From contig CP128815.1 of NCBI GenBank assembly GCA_051546255.1, positions 1,860,001-1,924,000 of the forward strand: DNA of 64,000 bases. Direction: 5' to 3'. The translations under genes and the position numbers were made by a program. How positions within the stretch are numbered: position 1 is the stretch's first letter; every line of letters starts with the position of its first letter. This DNA comes from Meyerozyma guilliermondii. Lineage: Eukaryota. Positions 54,352-64,000 of this stretch are shown here, one piece after another. The notes below the pieces were generated by a model. It worked only from the letters and a program-made list of their open reading frames with translations, ran no database searches and was not told where the DNA came from.

Positions 54352-55680
54352 ATGTCGTTTTCCCCGAGTGTTCTCGCCAAAAAGCTCCTGTCGCTCCAGG
54401 AAACGCAGGATTCTATTGTCACTATTTCCCAATGGGTCTTATTCCATCAGCGTCACAGTAAAGAAGCAGCATCAACATGGGCCACATATATCACCGAAGA
54501 CCCCGATGCACGCAGCTCCAAAAAAAGATTGTCACTCTTATACTTATGCAACGATGTAGTGCAACAAGCACGTCACAAACGCAAGCAAGAATTCATCGAT
54601 GAATTTGCTGCAGTATTACCGGGGGTATTGATGAAAATTTATGCATCGTTGGACCCCACCATACAACCGAAAGTGGGCCGTTTAATAGGGGTGTGGGAGC
54701 AGCGGCATGTGTTTTCGGCACTGGTGATTTCCGACCTCCGGGAGGCCGTAAAGGCTGCATCCTCTCCAAATGCATCAGCCTCTGCATCCGCCTCTGCATC
54801 CGCCTCTGCAAACACCCCGCTGGCCCCAACTATAAATTCTGTCCCTGACCTCCGTCTTCTTACAGAAACTTACCTCCATCTAAATAAACTTGTAGATATC
54901 ACCCTGGAAACTTTATCGCAGGTGGGAATGATGTCCAAAACTTACCTTTCCCCTACATCATCCGAGAGCCTTCCAGCTCCTCGAGAATACATTTCAAAAT
55001 TAAACCAGTTGGAACAGTTGTGTAAGTCTTCCACGGCAAATATCGAAGAGTTGAAAAAAGTTCGCCTTGATGCCATCAAGCAATTGGATGGTCTTCGGGC
55101 CAATATTAATGATTCTTTACAGGGCGACGAGGGAAAGTTGAATATTATTCAAAAGCGATTGACAGCTTTGAAAGAAACCAGATCTGAGTTGTTTGACATG
55201 ATAAATGGGGAAAAAGAATCCGAGCCTTCTGGTCCAGGATCTGAACCAGAATCAGAGCCGGAAGCACCTCCTCTCGACGATGATGATGAGGTGCCAACTT
55301 ACAATGACAGTGATGAGGAACAACCACCAAAACGCCAAAAGGTATCGCACAATCTGTTTCGTAATTCCAAGTCTCCTTCTGATAAGAAAGTTGCCTTCTC
55401 TGATAACATTGAGATCAAGGAGTTTCGCTCCGAGGACGAGTCAAGAGGCATCAGCATCGTACGGAGTGTAGACGACACCGATGACGATAGCATATACGAT
55501 AATGATGAGGTATTGGGTATCTCAAGCGAGTTCACAAGGCACCATAAAGATGATCTCGAACTAAAACACGAACACGAATCTACAGATGAAGATGGTTACA
55601 ATCCGTCGTCGGGGGTTGATTCTGACCATGAATCAAATGTGAATCCTAGTGTGTTGAATCTTTTATCCAAACTAGCATAA
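54352..55680 (+). CDS. RTT103: CTD-interacting domain transcription termination factor
   Basis: LQETQDSIVTISQW, KRLSLLYLCNDVVQQAR, RLIGVWEQRHVF; terminal LLSKLA. Confidence 0.9.
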   Translation: MSFSPSVLAKKLLSLQETQDSIVTISQWVLFHQRHSKEAASTWATYITEDPDARSSKKRLSLLYLCNDVVQQARHKRKQEFIDEFAAVLPGVLMKIYASLDPTIQPKVGRLIGVWEQRHVFSALVISDLREAVKAASSPNASASASASASASANTPLAPTINSVPDLRLLTETYLHLNKLVDITLETLSQVGMMSKTYLSPTSSESLPAPREYISKLNQLEQLCKSSTANIEELKKVRLDAIKQLDGLRANINDSLQGDEGKLNIIQKRLTALKETRSELFDMINGEKESEPSGPGSEPESEPEAPPLDDDDEVPTYNDSDEEQPPKRQKVSHNLFRNSKSPSDKKVAFSDNIEIKEFRSEDESRGISIVRSVDDTDDDSIYDNDEVLGISSEFTRHHKDDLELKHEHESTDEDGYNPSSGVDSDHESNVNPSVLNLLSKLA

Positions 55681-55837
55681 CACACGCTAAACTACGTTTA
55701 CGAAGCGATGCCCATCTAATTCATCATATTAATTAACGATTAAATGTTGATTTGAGATGAAGGTTTACTTGCTCTTTCTAAATGAGAACCCATTATCTCT
55801 TGCATTCAGCTTATCCGTTATGGTTCTATCCTATGTA

Positions 55838-58108
55838 CTATATGCATCTGGGAATCCGTTGCACCATCTTTGCAAAGCAACGGGTATGAAAATGTCGGCG
55901 TTGTGCTCCAGAGATCAACCCCAACCGGGAAATATCTTTATACAATTTGATGCCCTGTTCCAATTTTTCGGCAGTTGGAGGTGGCCGGTAACCTTCACGA
56001 GCGATGCAATTGATCACCTCAGAACTTGAGGGTAAATCTTTTTTGAAATAACTGCGTATTTCTGGTCCTACTGGTTTCAGCGTACTCACATAAAGTAAGT
56101 TGCGAGCTCGGGTACAAGCAACGTAAAAGAGCCTAGCTTTTTCCTCGTCGTGTCGTCCTTCGTTGTTCAAAAGAGAGGACCAAAACGAAGAATGTGCGTC
56201 CTTGACACCAGCTATGAAAACCACAGGAAATTCAAGTCCTTTTGCTGTGTGAACGGTGGAGATGTTGATCATATTTCGATCGAGTATGGGTGGTTCTTCG
56301 TTATAATTGCGCAAGAAATATTCGAGAAACAGAGTGGTGGTATCCATGTCGAGCATAAAGCTCTTATGGCATGCACAAAGGGACTTGTAAAAGCCAGCCA
56401 AGTTGTTTTCCAACTCGGTTTGAGTGCGAAAGTCTGCGTCAGCACCAGGTGATCTGTGCGTGGATTCAGGCTTGTTCAAGTAATCCAACAAATCAAGATC
56501 GCTTGTGATGGTGAGCAACGACTTGAGGATCAGTAATGGAGCCAATTCCGCAGCCACTTCTCTGGTTTTGTCTGTCCAGTCGAGAAGTTTCTTGGTTGCT
56601 TCCAAAAATGCCCTGTTTTCGGGTCCCTTGTACACATTCAAGATGCTGAACTTGCCTCGAGATTTTTCGCCTAGATTACCGAGTTCTTGGCGTAGGTAAT
56701 CCTCCAATCTACCGCCCCAAACCTCGTTGTTCCAAGAGTTGCTCATGTGAAACAACTTGGATACTCTTCTAGAGTTTCCCGCCCGTCGATCAAGACGAGG
56801 AAGCAAGCATAAGAGAGCAAAGTTCAGGCCCATGCCACCATTGAGTAGAGATAACAAGTCGAGCAAAAGGTGCACTCTCGATTTGATCCACGATGACGAC
56901 AGCGAAAACCGGTTACAGCTATAACCATAGTTTTGCAAGAGGGTGTGAGAGATTTCGTCCAATTCACGGTTTGCTCTGGTGAGGATAGCAAAGTCCGAGG
57001 GAACCAAGAGTCCTCCCAGAACGCAAATAAGACGAGTGATTTCCGACGCGATGAAATCGTGCTCTTCGCGAGACGATTTGTGCAACAGTAACACCGGTTT
57101 AATTCCTGGTGGCTTGAGAGATCGAATTGAGTTGGCGGTCAGAAGCCCAGCAGAAGAAAGACCCACTTTGCTAGCCACTTGGAGGACTTCTGGCGTGCAG
57201 CGAAACGACTCCCCGAGTGACAATTCTGTGACGTTCATGTTTAGATAGGTGCCAATATCATGCAATAGTTTGGGATCGGAACCCAAGAATTCGTAGATGG
57301 TTTGGTTTGGGTCTCCGGCAATGGTAAGATGTTTTTTGGCCGACACCAGACGACCTGCGGTGGGATAGGCGACTACCGCTTTGACCAAGCTCAACAATTG
57401 TGGATACATGTCTTGGAATTCGTCTACAATGACAATCTTGTAGTTGGTGAGCCTTGCGATGTTCCGAGTCAGATTCAACATTTCAAGCGCATTCACGATA
57501 AGATCGTTATATCGGATCATTTTGTTCGCTTTCAAGTAATCTAGCACCAGGCCAATGTACTCGGACGATACGTTATATTTTTTAGCCTGGTCTTCAATAC
57601 TGGCGCCAGATTTCACCGCCTGAAGAATTTGTTCAAGCTTTGAAGGAGTAATAGATACGGCTTTGTGGTCCAAACCAGGTCTTGTCAGGAAGATTTTCGA
57701 GAAGCTGCGCCAAGAAAAATCGTCTACAAGTACTCGGTTGGAGAGAAACGTTGAGTTTTCATCGAGAAGCAAGCTGCAAAATGAGTGGAAAGTGAACACA
57801 TCAGGATACGAATTTTTATCATCTTTGAAGAGGTCCTGTAAACTTTGACGGATAGAATTGACCGATCGGTTGGCCATACTCAACACCAAGATCTCCTTGG
57901 GATCGAATTGCGACGCCAAATTGGCAATTCGTCGCACTAGCGTGGAAGTCTTGCCTGAGCCAGGACCAGCGTTGACCACGAGAATCGAGTTTTCGTCGGC
58001 CGCAAAGCTGATAACTTTGTTCTGGGCATCCGTGAGAGTGTCTGTGCCAAGTTTGGAGTTTGTAGGTTGCTCCAAAGGTGGATTTTCACTGGCATTATTT
58101 TCGGCCAT
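55838..58108 (-). CDS. HMI1: UvrD/REP-family mitochondrial DNA helicase
   Basis: VNAGPGSGKT, TFHSF, IVDEFQD, AGDPNQTIYEF, SFRCTPEV, ISTVHTAKGLEFPVVF, LFYVACTRARN; basic C-terminal tail; near RFC4. Confidence 0.85.
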   Translation of the reverse strand: MAENNASENPPLEQPTNSKLGTDTLTDAQNKVISFAADENSILVVNAGPGSGKTSTLVRRIANLASQFDPKEILVLSMANRSVNSIRQSLQDLFKDDKNSYPDVFTFHSFCSLLLDENSTFLSNRVLVDDFSWRSFSKIFLTRPGLDHKAVSITPSKLEQILQAVKSGASIEDQAKKYNVSSEYIGLVLDYLKANKMIRYNDLIVNALEMLNLTRNIARLTNYKIVIVDEFQDMYPQLLSLVKAVVAYPTAGRLVSAKKHLTIAGDPNQTIYEFLGSDPKLLHDIGTYLNMNVTELSLGESFRCTPEVLQVASKVGLSSAGLLTANSIRSLKPPGIKPVLLLHKSSREEHDFIASEITRLICVLGGLLVPSDFAILTRANRELDEISHTLLQNYGYSCNRFSLSSSWIKSRVHLLLDLLSLLNGGMGLNFALLCLLPRLDRRAGNSRRVSKLFHMSNSWNNEVWGGRLEDYLRQELGNLGEKSRGKFSILNVYKGPENRAFLEATKKLLDWTDKTREVAAELAPLLILKSLLTITSDLDLLDYLNKPESTHRSPGADADFRTQTELENNLAGFYKSLCACHKSFMLDMDTTTLFLEYFLRNYNEEPPILDRNMINISTVHTAKGLEFPVVFIAGVKDAHSSFWSSLLNNEGRHDEEKARLFYVACTRARNLLYVSTLKPVGPEIRSYFKKDLPSSSEVINCIAREGYRPPPTAEKLEQGIKLYKDISRLGLISGAQRRHFHTRCFAKMVQRIPRCI

Positions 58109-58198
58109 TTGATCCACACCAGCCTCAAGTCGCGAATTTTCATTATCAACATCAAAACGTGAATCTGAACCCCGTCGATATTGCCGCCTGTGTACACG

Positions 58199-60205
58199 AT
58201 GCCGGGTCTCGAAACGTTGAAACAAGTCTTGGAGCTACGGCAGGACCCGCTGGCGGACTCCCAGAGCTCTGTCGAGGATATTCATCAAAATACACCAAAG
58301 TCGCAAAATCAGCTTCTTAAGTCGTATGTTTCAACTTCACAAGAACCCACATTGGCGCTCATTAGAGCACGTAAAACACAAGCCAGCTTTGAGTCCTGGT
58401 CCAATCTTTCTGCTGAAGATCTCTTGGAGCTTAGAGCTCGTTTCGACAACTACAAGCGAGAATTATCGTCGCAAATGGCCCAGTTGGCTCCCATAGAATC
58501 CATGTTATACGATTTTGGAGACGAATTGGGTCGCCTTTCCGGAAGTCTCAAGCTTCTCCAGCAACAACTGACGCAGCTCTCTTCCAATTTGATCCTGCAA
58601 AAGACAACCACCGAGCATTTGAACCCTATTATTTTGGACCTCATGGTTCCTCCAGCAACAGTCAAGTCTATCATTTCCAGCCCTGTTACTCCTGAATGGA
58701 TAGAGAACATAAGAGTACTCAACGAGAAGCAGGCACTCGTGGAGAGCGTTACTTCAGGGAAAAGTGAATTGGCTTCTTTGTATGGAAGTTCAAAAGCGTT
58801 TCTGGACCTCGAACATGAGTTGAAATTGCTCACCGCCAAAACCGTGGAACGCATACGAGACTTTATGATTTCCAAAATCAAGCTGCTAAGGTCTCCTACC
58901 GCTTCGGCTTCGTCGCAGGCAGTGCAAAAAGATCTCCTTCAAGTCAAAGATGCATTCTTTTTTCTTCGTCAACACCATCCCGAACTAGCCAACGAGCTCC
59001 AATTGGCCTACATTTTCACTATGCGGTGGTACTACCGTACCCGGTTCGCCAAGTACTTGTATGCCATCGAAAAGTTGAACATCCACCATATTGATCTGAC
59101 CACAGTTTTGGGCAGCTCGTCGTCCACCGCGGACGACAAAACTGATATTTTTGGTTTACGAAATTGGGTGGGAAAGAACTCATTACAGCCCCGAAGTATC
59201 ACCACTCCTCCCAGAATGACCATGAACGAGTATCTCCTGTCTATCGACAAGCGAATACAAATCCTCGACGAGAGAAACGACCCGGAAAAAGCTGCTCGCG
59301 CTATACCCTCTCAAATAGCAGAAACCACCCCTTTTGTGTACTGGATCGAGTTCGTGTACCACCAGTGGTGTATCGCCTTGGTGGACAACATTGTGGTTGA
59401 GTATCTTTTCATGGTGGATTTTTTTTACCACGGCGATGAGAAATTCGAGCCACTTTCAACGTTGTATTCCAAAGGTGCAAAAGACGACGATTTGACTAAG
59501 GATTGGTCGCATTATATGCTTGACGACGTCTTCAATATGGGTGCTCAGTTTGTATCATGGCTCGTACAAAAGCAGCCGCTGGTTCTTCCAAGAAGTGTCG
59601 CTTCAACCTCCACCAGCCGAACCGGATTCACTGGTGCAACTCAGGGCACTTGCGACGCCTACGGAATCTTGTTGATGATCCGAATCACCCAAAGTGAGCA
59701 GTCGCTTCTCCATAACGAGTTCCACATACCTGTGGTGGACAACCACTTGAACTCGATTCTCTTGACACTTTGGCCCCACTTCACCAAAGTTGTCGACCTC
59801 AATTGTGAAGCCATGAAGGCTCTCAGTATGCGAGCGCTGAGCTACAAATCCACAGACTCGGCGTTGGCGCCTTTACCTTTGAGCCAGCAGTTTGCACACT
59901 TTTTGCTGGGGCTTTTGAAGTTGGCATCACCTCCCAACATGGAAGGAGATTTCCGAGGCGAACCATTATCGACCTCTATTAATAGACTCAAGAACGACTT
60001 TGAAAGCATCTTGACTCGCATCAGCAATCAGTTGTTTGCAGGCAAGCGCAAAGGAGCAGAGAAAGAGGTGTTTCTATTCAACAACTATTTCTTGGTGGTA
60101 AACATTCTCAAAAATGAAGTGGGTGTGGGAGAAAAGTTTAGTGAGCTTATCAATGAGCATGTTCAGCATTTTGAAATGTTGTGCAATGCATACAAGCAGC
60201 AATAA
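58199..60205 (+). CDS. VPS52: GARP complex subunit (Sac2 family)
   Basis: FGDELGRLSGSL..LQQ, DLMVPP, KTVERIRDFMISKIKLLR, LAYIFTMRWYY, LWPHFTKVVDLNCE, FLFNNYFLV. Confidence 0.9.
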   Translation: MPGLETLKQVLELRQDPLADSQSSVEDIHQNTPKSQNQLLKSYVSTSQEPTLALIRARKTQASFESWSNLSAEDLLELRARFDNYKRELSSQMAQLAPIESMLYDFGDELGRLSGSLKLLQQQLTQLSSNLILQKTTTEHLNPIILDLMVPPATVKSIISSPVTPEWIENIRVLNEKQALVESVTSGKSELASLYGSSKAFLDLEHELKLLTAKTVERIRDFMISKIKLLRSPTASASSQAVQKDLLQVKDAFFFLRQHHPELANELQLAYIFTMRWYYRTRFAKYLYAIEKLNIHHIDLTTVLGSSSSTADDKTDIFGLRNWVGKNSLQPRSITTPPRMTMNEYLLSIDKRIQILDERNDPEKAARAIPSQIAETTPFVYWIEFVYHQWCIALVDNIVVEYLFMVDFFYHGDEKFEPLSTLYSKGAKDDDLTKDWSHYMLDDVFNMGAQFVSWLVQKQPLVLPRSVASTSTSRTGFTGATQGTCDAYGILLMIRITQSEQSLLHNEFHIPVVDNHLNSILLTLWPHFTKVVDLNCEAMKALSMRALSYKSTDSALAPLPLSQQFAHFLLGLLKLASPPNMEGDFRGEPLSTSINRLKNDFESILTRISNQLFAGKRKGAEKEVFLFNNYFLVVNILKNEVGVGEKFSELINEHVQHFEMLCNAYKQQ

Positions 60206-60368
60206 GTAGAATGCATGCTGTTCAGAAAACCAGTAAAAGTATATTGTAGAACTGTATCGAGAACCAGTGGAGAAGGCTAGTTGTGAGAAGACTAAGAGAG
60301 AAAATAGAACCTCATCTACATTCAGCTTCATCTTTATGTTCAGCTTGAAGCCACTTTCCAGCGCTTCA

Positions 60369-61352
60369 TTATATTGTACAAATCTTTGCAAAAAGTCCAC
60401 ACAACTGCAAGTACGTCGATACTCCCTCAAGCACTCTCATATGCACTAAGCCCACTTCTTTGATTATGTCTAGTCTTTTCAGCTCGCTGATCCCGGGGAG
60501 AGTCTTGGCTACACGGAACGTCAGGGTGACAATATCGATGGCTGAATATCCCTTGTTCCACAAATCATCCAACAAACGTAAAGCAGTATCGATGTCTCCT
60601 TTTCCGTCATTTGAGCAGCAGCTATTGAGTATCTTCTTGATAACCAACGGATGAGGTTGGTCAACGATTTTGAACACATTTACATCGTCCACGAACCCAA
60701 AACCGGCCACTGTACTTTGCATGTTATTGATTGCTTGTCTCATATCACCCTCAGCAGTGAAGATTAATGCCTGTAATCCCTGGGAGTTGTACTTGACGTC
60801 CTCAGCCTTCGCTATTTCCAACAACCGCGATAACACCTGGTCATCGGCCAACTTGTTATATCTTAAAATGGCACATCTGGATTGCAAAGGTTCGATGATT
60901 TTGGACGATTGATTGCAAGCAAAGGCAAATCTTGTGGTGTTGGAGTATATTTCCATGGTACGCCTCAATGCCTGCTGGGCTCCTGGAGTCATGGAATCTG
61001 CTTCATCAAGAATGATGATTTTGTGGCGGCCGGGAGGAAGCAGAATTTTGGTTTGCGCAAATTGTTTGATTTTGTTTCGAACAACATCGATTCCTCGGTC
61101 ATCAGAGGCATTCAATTCCAACGTGGCTTGGTCGTACATCGTCTTACCGAGTAATTCGTACGCTAGACAGTGTATAGATGTGGTTTTGCCAATTCCAGGA
61201 AGGCCAGAAATGATCATATGGGGCATATTTCCATCCTGAGCTATGAGCTTAAGACGTTCTACGGTCTCCTCGTTTCCAACTATGTCATCCAACTTGTGTG
61301 GACGGTACTTTTCCACCCATGGGAGTTCCAAAGAAAGTGCTAGGTTTGGCAT
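60369..61352 (-). CDS. RFC4: Replication factor C small subunit
   Basis: [69 protein letters not shown]. Confidence 0.95.
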   Translation of the reverse strand: MPNLALSLELPWVEKYRPHKLDDIVGNEETVERLKLIAQDGNMPHMIISGLPGIGKTTSIHCLAYELLGKTMYDQATLELNASDDRGIDVVRNKIKQFAQTKILLPPGRHKIIILDEADSMTPGAQQALRRTMEIYSNTTRFAFACNQSSKIIEPLQSRCAILRYNKLADDQVLSRLLEIAKAEDVKYNSQGLQALIFTAEGDMRQAINNMQSTVAGFGFVDDVNVFKIVDQPHPLVIKKILNSCCSNDGKGDIDTALRLLDDLWNKGYSAIDIVTLTFRVAKTLPGISELKRLDIIKEVGLVHMRVLEGVSTYLQLCGLFAKICTI

Positions 61353-61726
61353 GAATGAAGAGATGAAAATACGCGCGCGCGGTGATTCAAGTGAATCTTA
61401 TATTACGAGACTGAAAATGAGAATAATTTAAAGTGAGAATGAGGATAGATCAAAACTAGGAATGAGAATAAATTAGAAGTCTGAAAAAAGGATGAATTAA
61501 GGTCTAGATTCTTAATCGAAGACTGTTTCGTTATATTACGAGGCTCTTGTGCACTTTTATGAAAATTAGTTTATCATAATATCGTTTCTGTGTCTCAATC
61601 ATGATTTCATACCTGAGAAGATTTGCCATTTTTTAATGGTGAGCTTTCCTTGCTGTGGCAGAAATCTGCCGCTTGTCTATTGTGTCTTCAGGCTTTCATT
61701 CCATTATTGCTTCCTTCTCTTTTCCA

Positions 61727-62530
61727 TCACCTTTCTTCTTTCTTCGTCACATCATCTTCATCACTTTTCTTCTTCGTCACCTTTCTCTTCTTCTGGTTAT
61801 TTTTCTTTGCCTGAACCGGCGCAGACGTAGCCAAGACCTTAGCCAAAGGAGGTGCGAAATAGCTGCTGGCCGTGCCCGTCAAGTACCCTTCGAGCCAAGG
61901 GACTTCGACATCCAGAATGTTTGAGTCAACCAATTCGTACAAATGCGAAGCCAGGCTCAAATTGGCCCTTATTCCTATTATACTAACGTTTTCCAACTTC
62001 AAAGCTGACGACAATTTCGCCATACTTCCTTTTGGAAGCTGAACTAGTTTTACTCTTCTACCTTCTGACCATGACGCTGTATACGATAGAACTGGAAACG
62101 GGCTGAGAAGAAGTGCCAGAGAAATGTCGAACTTTGCCACAAACACATACTGGATATACTTTGGTGGAGGATCGGAATTTTCCGCTTTTATTCGTGATTT
62201 TCGACCCTGTTGAGCTTGATCTTCAAGAGCCTTTACGGTACTGTTAAACCCAACGGTGATATCTTTCTGTATCGAAGGCTGTTCTAGAGAAACAGAAGAA
62301 TCCAGTTTTGAACCATTGACCTTTTGGAGCTTTTTGGCCTCGTTATATCGTCCGATCGGAGTGAGCAAATGCTGGAGAAGGTCCACCAACGATGTCCCTA
62401 TTTCCGGTTCTACAAACGGCCATACGTTTGACTGTGTAAGCGGGTTGTCGAGGACTGGTTTAAACACCTGCTTTCTCTTCTTTTCCGACTCTTTGAGCGA
62501 ATTGGCGCCGCTCTTCTTGAGACCTGACAT
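61727..62530 (-). CDS. POP3: RNase P/MRP protein subunit
   Basis: KRKQVFKPVLDNP..WPFV, ITVGFNSTVKALE, LVQLPKGS..LS..L, VEVPWL. Confidence 0.8.
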   Translation of the reverse strand: MSGLKKSGANSLKESEKKRKQVFKPVLDNPLTQSNVWPFVEPEIGTSLVDLLQHLLTPIGRYNEAKKLQKVNGSKLDSSVSLEQPSIQKDITVGFNSTVKALEDQAQQGRKSRIKAENSDPPPKYIQYVFVAKFDISLALLLSPFPVLSYTASWSEGRRVKLVQLPKGSMAKLSSALKLENVSIIGIRANLSLASHLYELVDSNILDVEVPWLEGYLTGTASSYFAPPLAKVLATSAPVQAKKNNQKKRKVTKKKSDEDDVTKKEER

Positions 62531-62615
62531 GAACTGAAATGATCAATCTCATCGCATTTCGCGACTATCTACAGGTTACCAACATCGCAGTGCATTTATC
62601 AATTATACAAGTATT

Positions 62616-64000
62616 TTACTGTTTTTTGTCCTTGTCGTCATTCTGGTCTGGGGAATACAGCGGCGAACGAGGCGAGTATTGTGGTGAGTTTGGTGAGTAC
62701 TGGGGTGACGTGGGTGAGTAGGCTGGGGAAGTAGGTGAGTACTGTGGGGAAGTTGGTGAGTAACTGGGCGACGTTGGCGAGTAACTTGGCGAAGTTGGTG
62801 AGTAGGATGGAGATGTAGGACTGTAACTTGGCGAGGTAGGCGAGTACAGTGGTGAGGTTGGTGAGTAACTTGGTGAAGTTGGCGAGTAGCTTGGAGAAGT
62901 TGGGCTGTAACTTGGCGAAGTAGGTGAGTAGGATGGTGAGGTTGGTGAGTAACTTGGCGAAGTAGGACTGTAACTTGGCGAAGTAGGACTGTAACTTGGT
63001 GAAGTTGGACTGTAACTTGGCGAAGTAGGTGAGTAGCTTGGAGAAGTTGGTGAATAACTTGGAGAAGTTGGGGAGTAACTTGGCGAAGTTGGTGAATAAC
63101 TTGGCGACGTGGGACTGTAACTTGGCGAAGTTGGACTGTAGCTTGGGGAGGTAGGACTGTAACTTGGAGAGGTAGGACTGTAACTTGGCGACGTTGGTGA
63201 ATAGGTTGGCGACGTGACACCATAGCCAGGAGAGGCACCACCATAAGCTGGCGACGTAGCTCCATAAGCGAATGGTGAAGTTGGTGAAGGTGAACCTGGT
63301 TGTCCGCCATAAGCAGTTAAAGCACCCGCACCATCGGATACAGGGGCTGTATGAATTGGTGAAAAACCTGCTCCCTCTTCGAATTGGATCTTGTCGTCTT
63401 CCATATCATATTCTCTGTATGGTGTAGCACCTCCATCGTCAGCATAAGCTCCAGCTCCTTCCGCGGCACCCACTGGAACACTCATGTTCGATGGAGATGA
63501 TTGCAAGATCTTGTCATCCACCATCACATCGAATGCGCCGGTTCCTAACGGTGCCAATTGTCCAAGAACCACATTCTCAGAGATACCATGACAGTCGTCG
63601 AGTTCTGCAGCTGCACCAGCTTCAAGCAAGATTTCCACTGTCTCTTCAAACGAACAACGCATCAAAGCGCCGGTATCGGCTCTATTGATACCATGTCTTG
63701 TAATAGCCATCAAGTGTCCTCTTGCAGTCATCACATCCACCAAAAGAGCCATATGACGGTAGTTCACATACGAACCATCAAAGGCAATGACGTTAAGAAT
63801 TTCCTTGAACAAGGCAGATCTGGTAGCCTCAATACCCAAAACTGATAAAATTTCAATAAAGTTATTGGAATAGGTTCTCTTCGCATCTACTCCAGGTACT
63901 GCCATAACATCTGCCAAGTTCACACCATCTGTTTCAAGCACCCACTCTTGTCCCTGCTTGAATTCACCTGTCTCATCTGGTAAACTGAGTTTGTGTTGCA
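62616..64000 (-). CDS. RPO21: RNA polymerase II largest subunit, 3' part (5'-partial)
   Basis: [57 protein letters not shown]. Confidence 0.99.
   Translation of the reverse strand, partial: QHKLSLPDETGEFKQGQEWVLETDGVNLADVMAVPGVDAKRTYSNNFIEILSVLGIEATRSALFKEILNVIAFDGSYVNYRHMALLVDVMTARGHLMAITRHGINRADTGALMRCSFEETVEILLEAGAAAELDDCHGISENVVLGQLAPLGTGAFDVMVDDKILQSSPSNMSVPVGAAEGAGAYADDGGATPYREYDMEDDKIQFEEGAGFSPIHTAPVSDGAGALTAYGGQPGSPSPTSPFAYGATSPAYGGASPGYGVTSPTYSPTSPSYSPTSPSYSPTSPSYSPTSPSYSPTSPSYSPTSPSYSPTSPSYSPTSPSYSPTSPSYSPTSPSYSPTSPSYSPTSPSYSPTSPSYSPTSPSYSPTSPSYSPTSPSYSPTSPLYSPTSPSYSPTSPSYSPTSPSYSPTSPSYSPTSPQYSPTSPAYSPTSPQYSPNSPQYSPRSPLYSPDQNDDKDKKQ
62658..63203 (-). repeat. 26 coding 21-bp CTD heptad repeats (3 more degenerate heptads precede them)
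   Basis: 546 nt / 21 = 26 units from first YSPTSPS to YSPRSPS. Confidence 0.93.

Noticed and set aside
58109..58225. Apparent 5' overlap of HMI1 and VPS52 ORFs
   Set aside because: Caused by TTG starts in the ORF track; first ATGs (58108, 58199) do not overlap
62603..63310. 235-aa repetitive ORF; 21-bp array superficially CRISPR-like
   Set aside because: Alternative frame of the RPB1 CTD; no spacers; eukaryotic DNA

Overview
Gene-dense fungal nuclear DNA from a budding yeast of the CTG (CUG-Ser) clade. CTG occupies conserved Ser positions in the RPB1 CTD, GUT1, UAP1, MVD1 and the PRY gene. Compactness and tiny introns suggest a Meyerozyma/Debaryomycetaceae-type species (inference). About 38 protein genes are present, most of them recognisable: ETF-alpha (partial), PUT3, PRY/CAP, HCS1, FIP1, BUD4/INT1, ECM33 family, UAP1, GUT1, SHE10/OSW7, an amino acid permease, GLN1, VMA13 (intron), BIR1, SAP155, ERJ5, KEG1, an MCH transporter, an ACA1/CST6/RCA1 bZIP, SPO73, CRD1, MVD1 (44-nt intron), TUP1, COX16, a LYAR zinc finger, CSM1, RTT103, HMI1, VPS52, RFC4, POP3 and RPB1 (partial). 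There is one tRNA-His(GTG). No transposon, rRNA or CRISPR is seen. The best leads are: (1) a 279-aa orphan that looks like a highly diverged MEI4/Rec24 by N-terminal motif and synteny, preceded by an 8-bp repeat array and overlapping CRD1; (2) a Snf11/SS18-like protein with a Q/N/M/P-rich tail; (3) a mini-paralogue of the She10 N-terminus lying tail-to-tail with SHE10; (4) a short-chain dehydrogenase split by one +1 frameshift; (5) two candidate microproteins between UAP1 and GUT1. All homology calls come from recalled family motifs; no database search was run.
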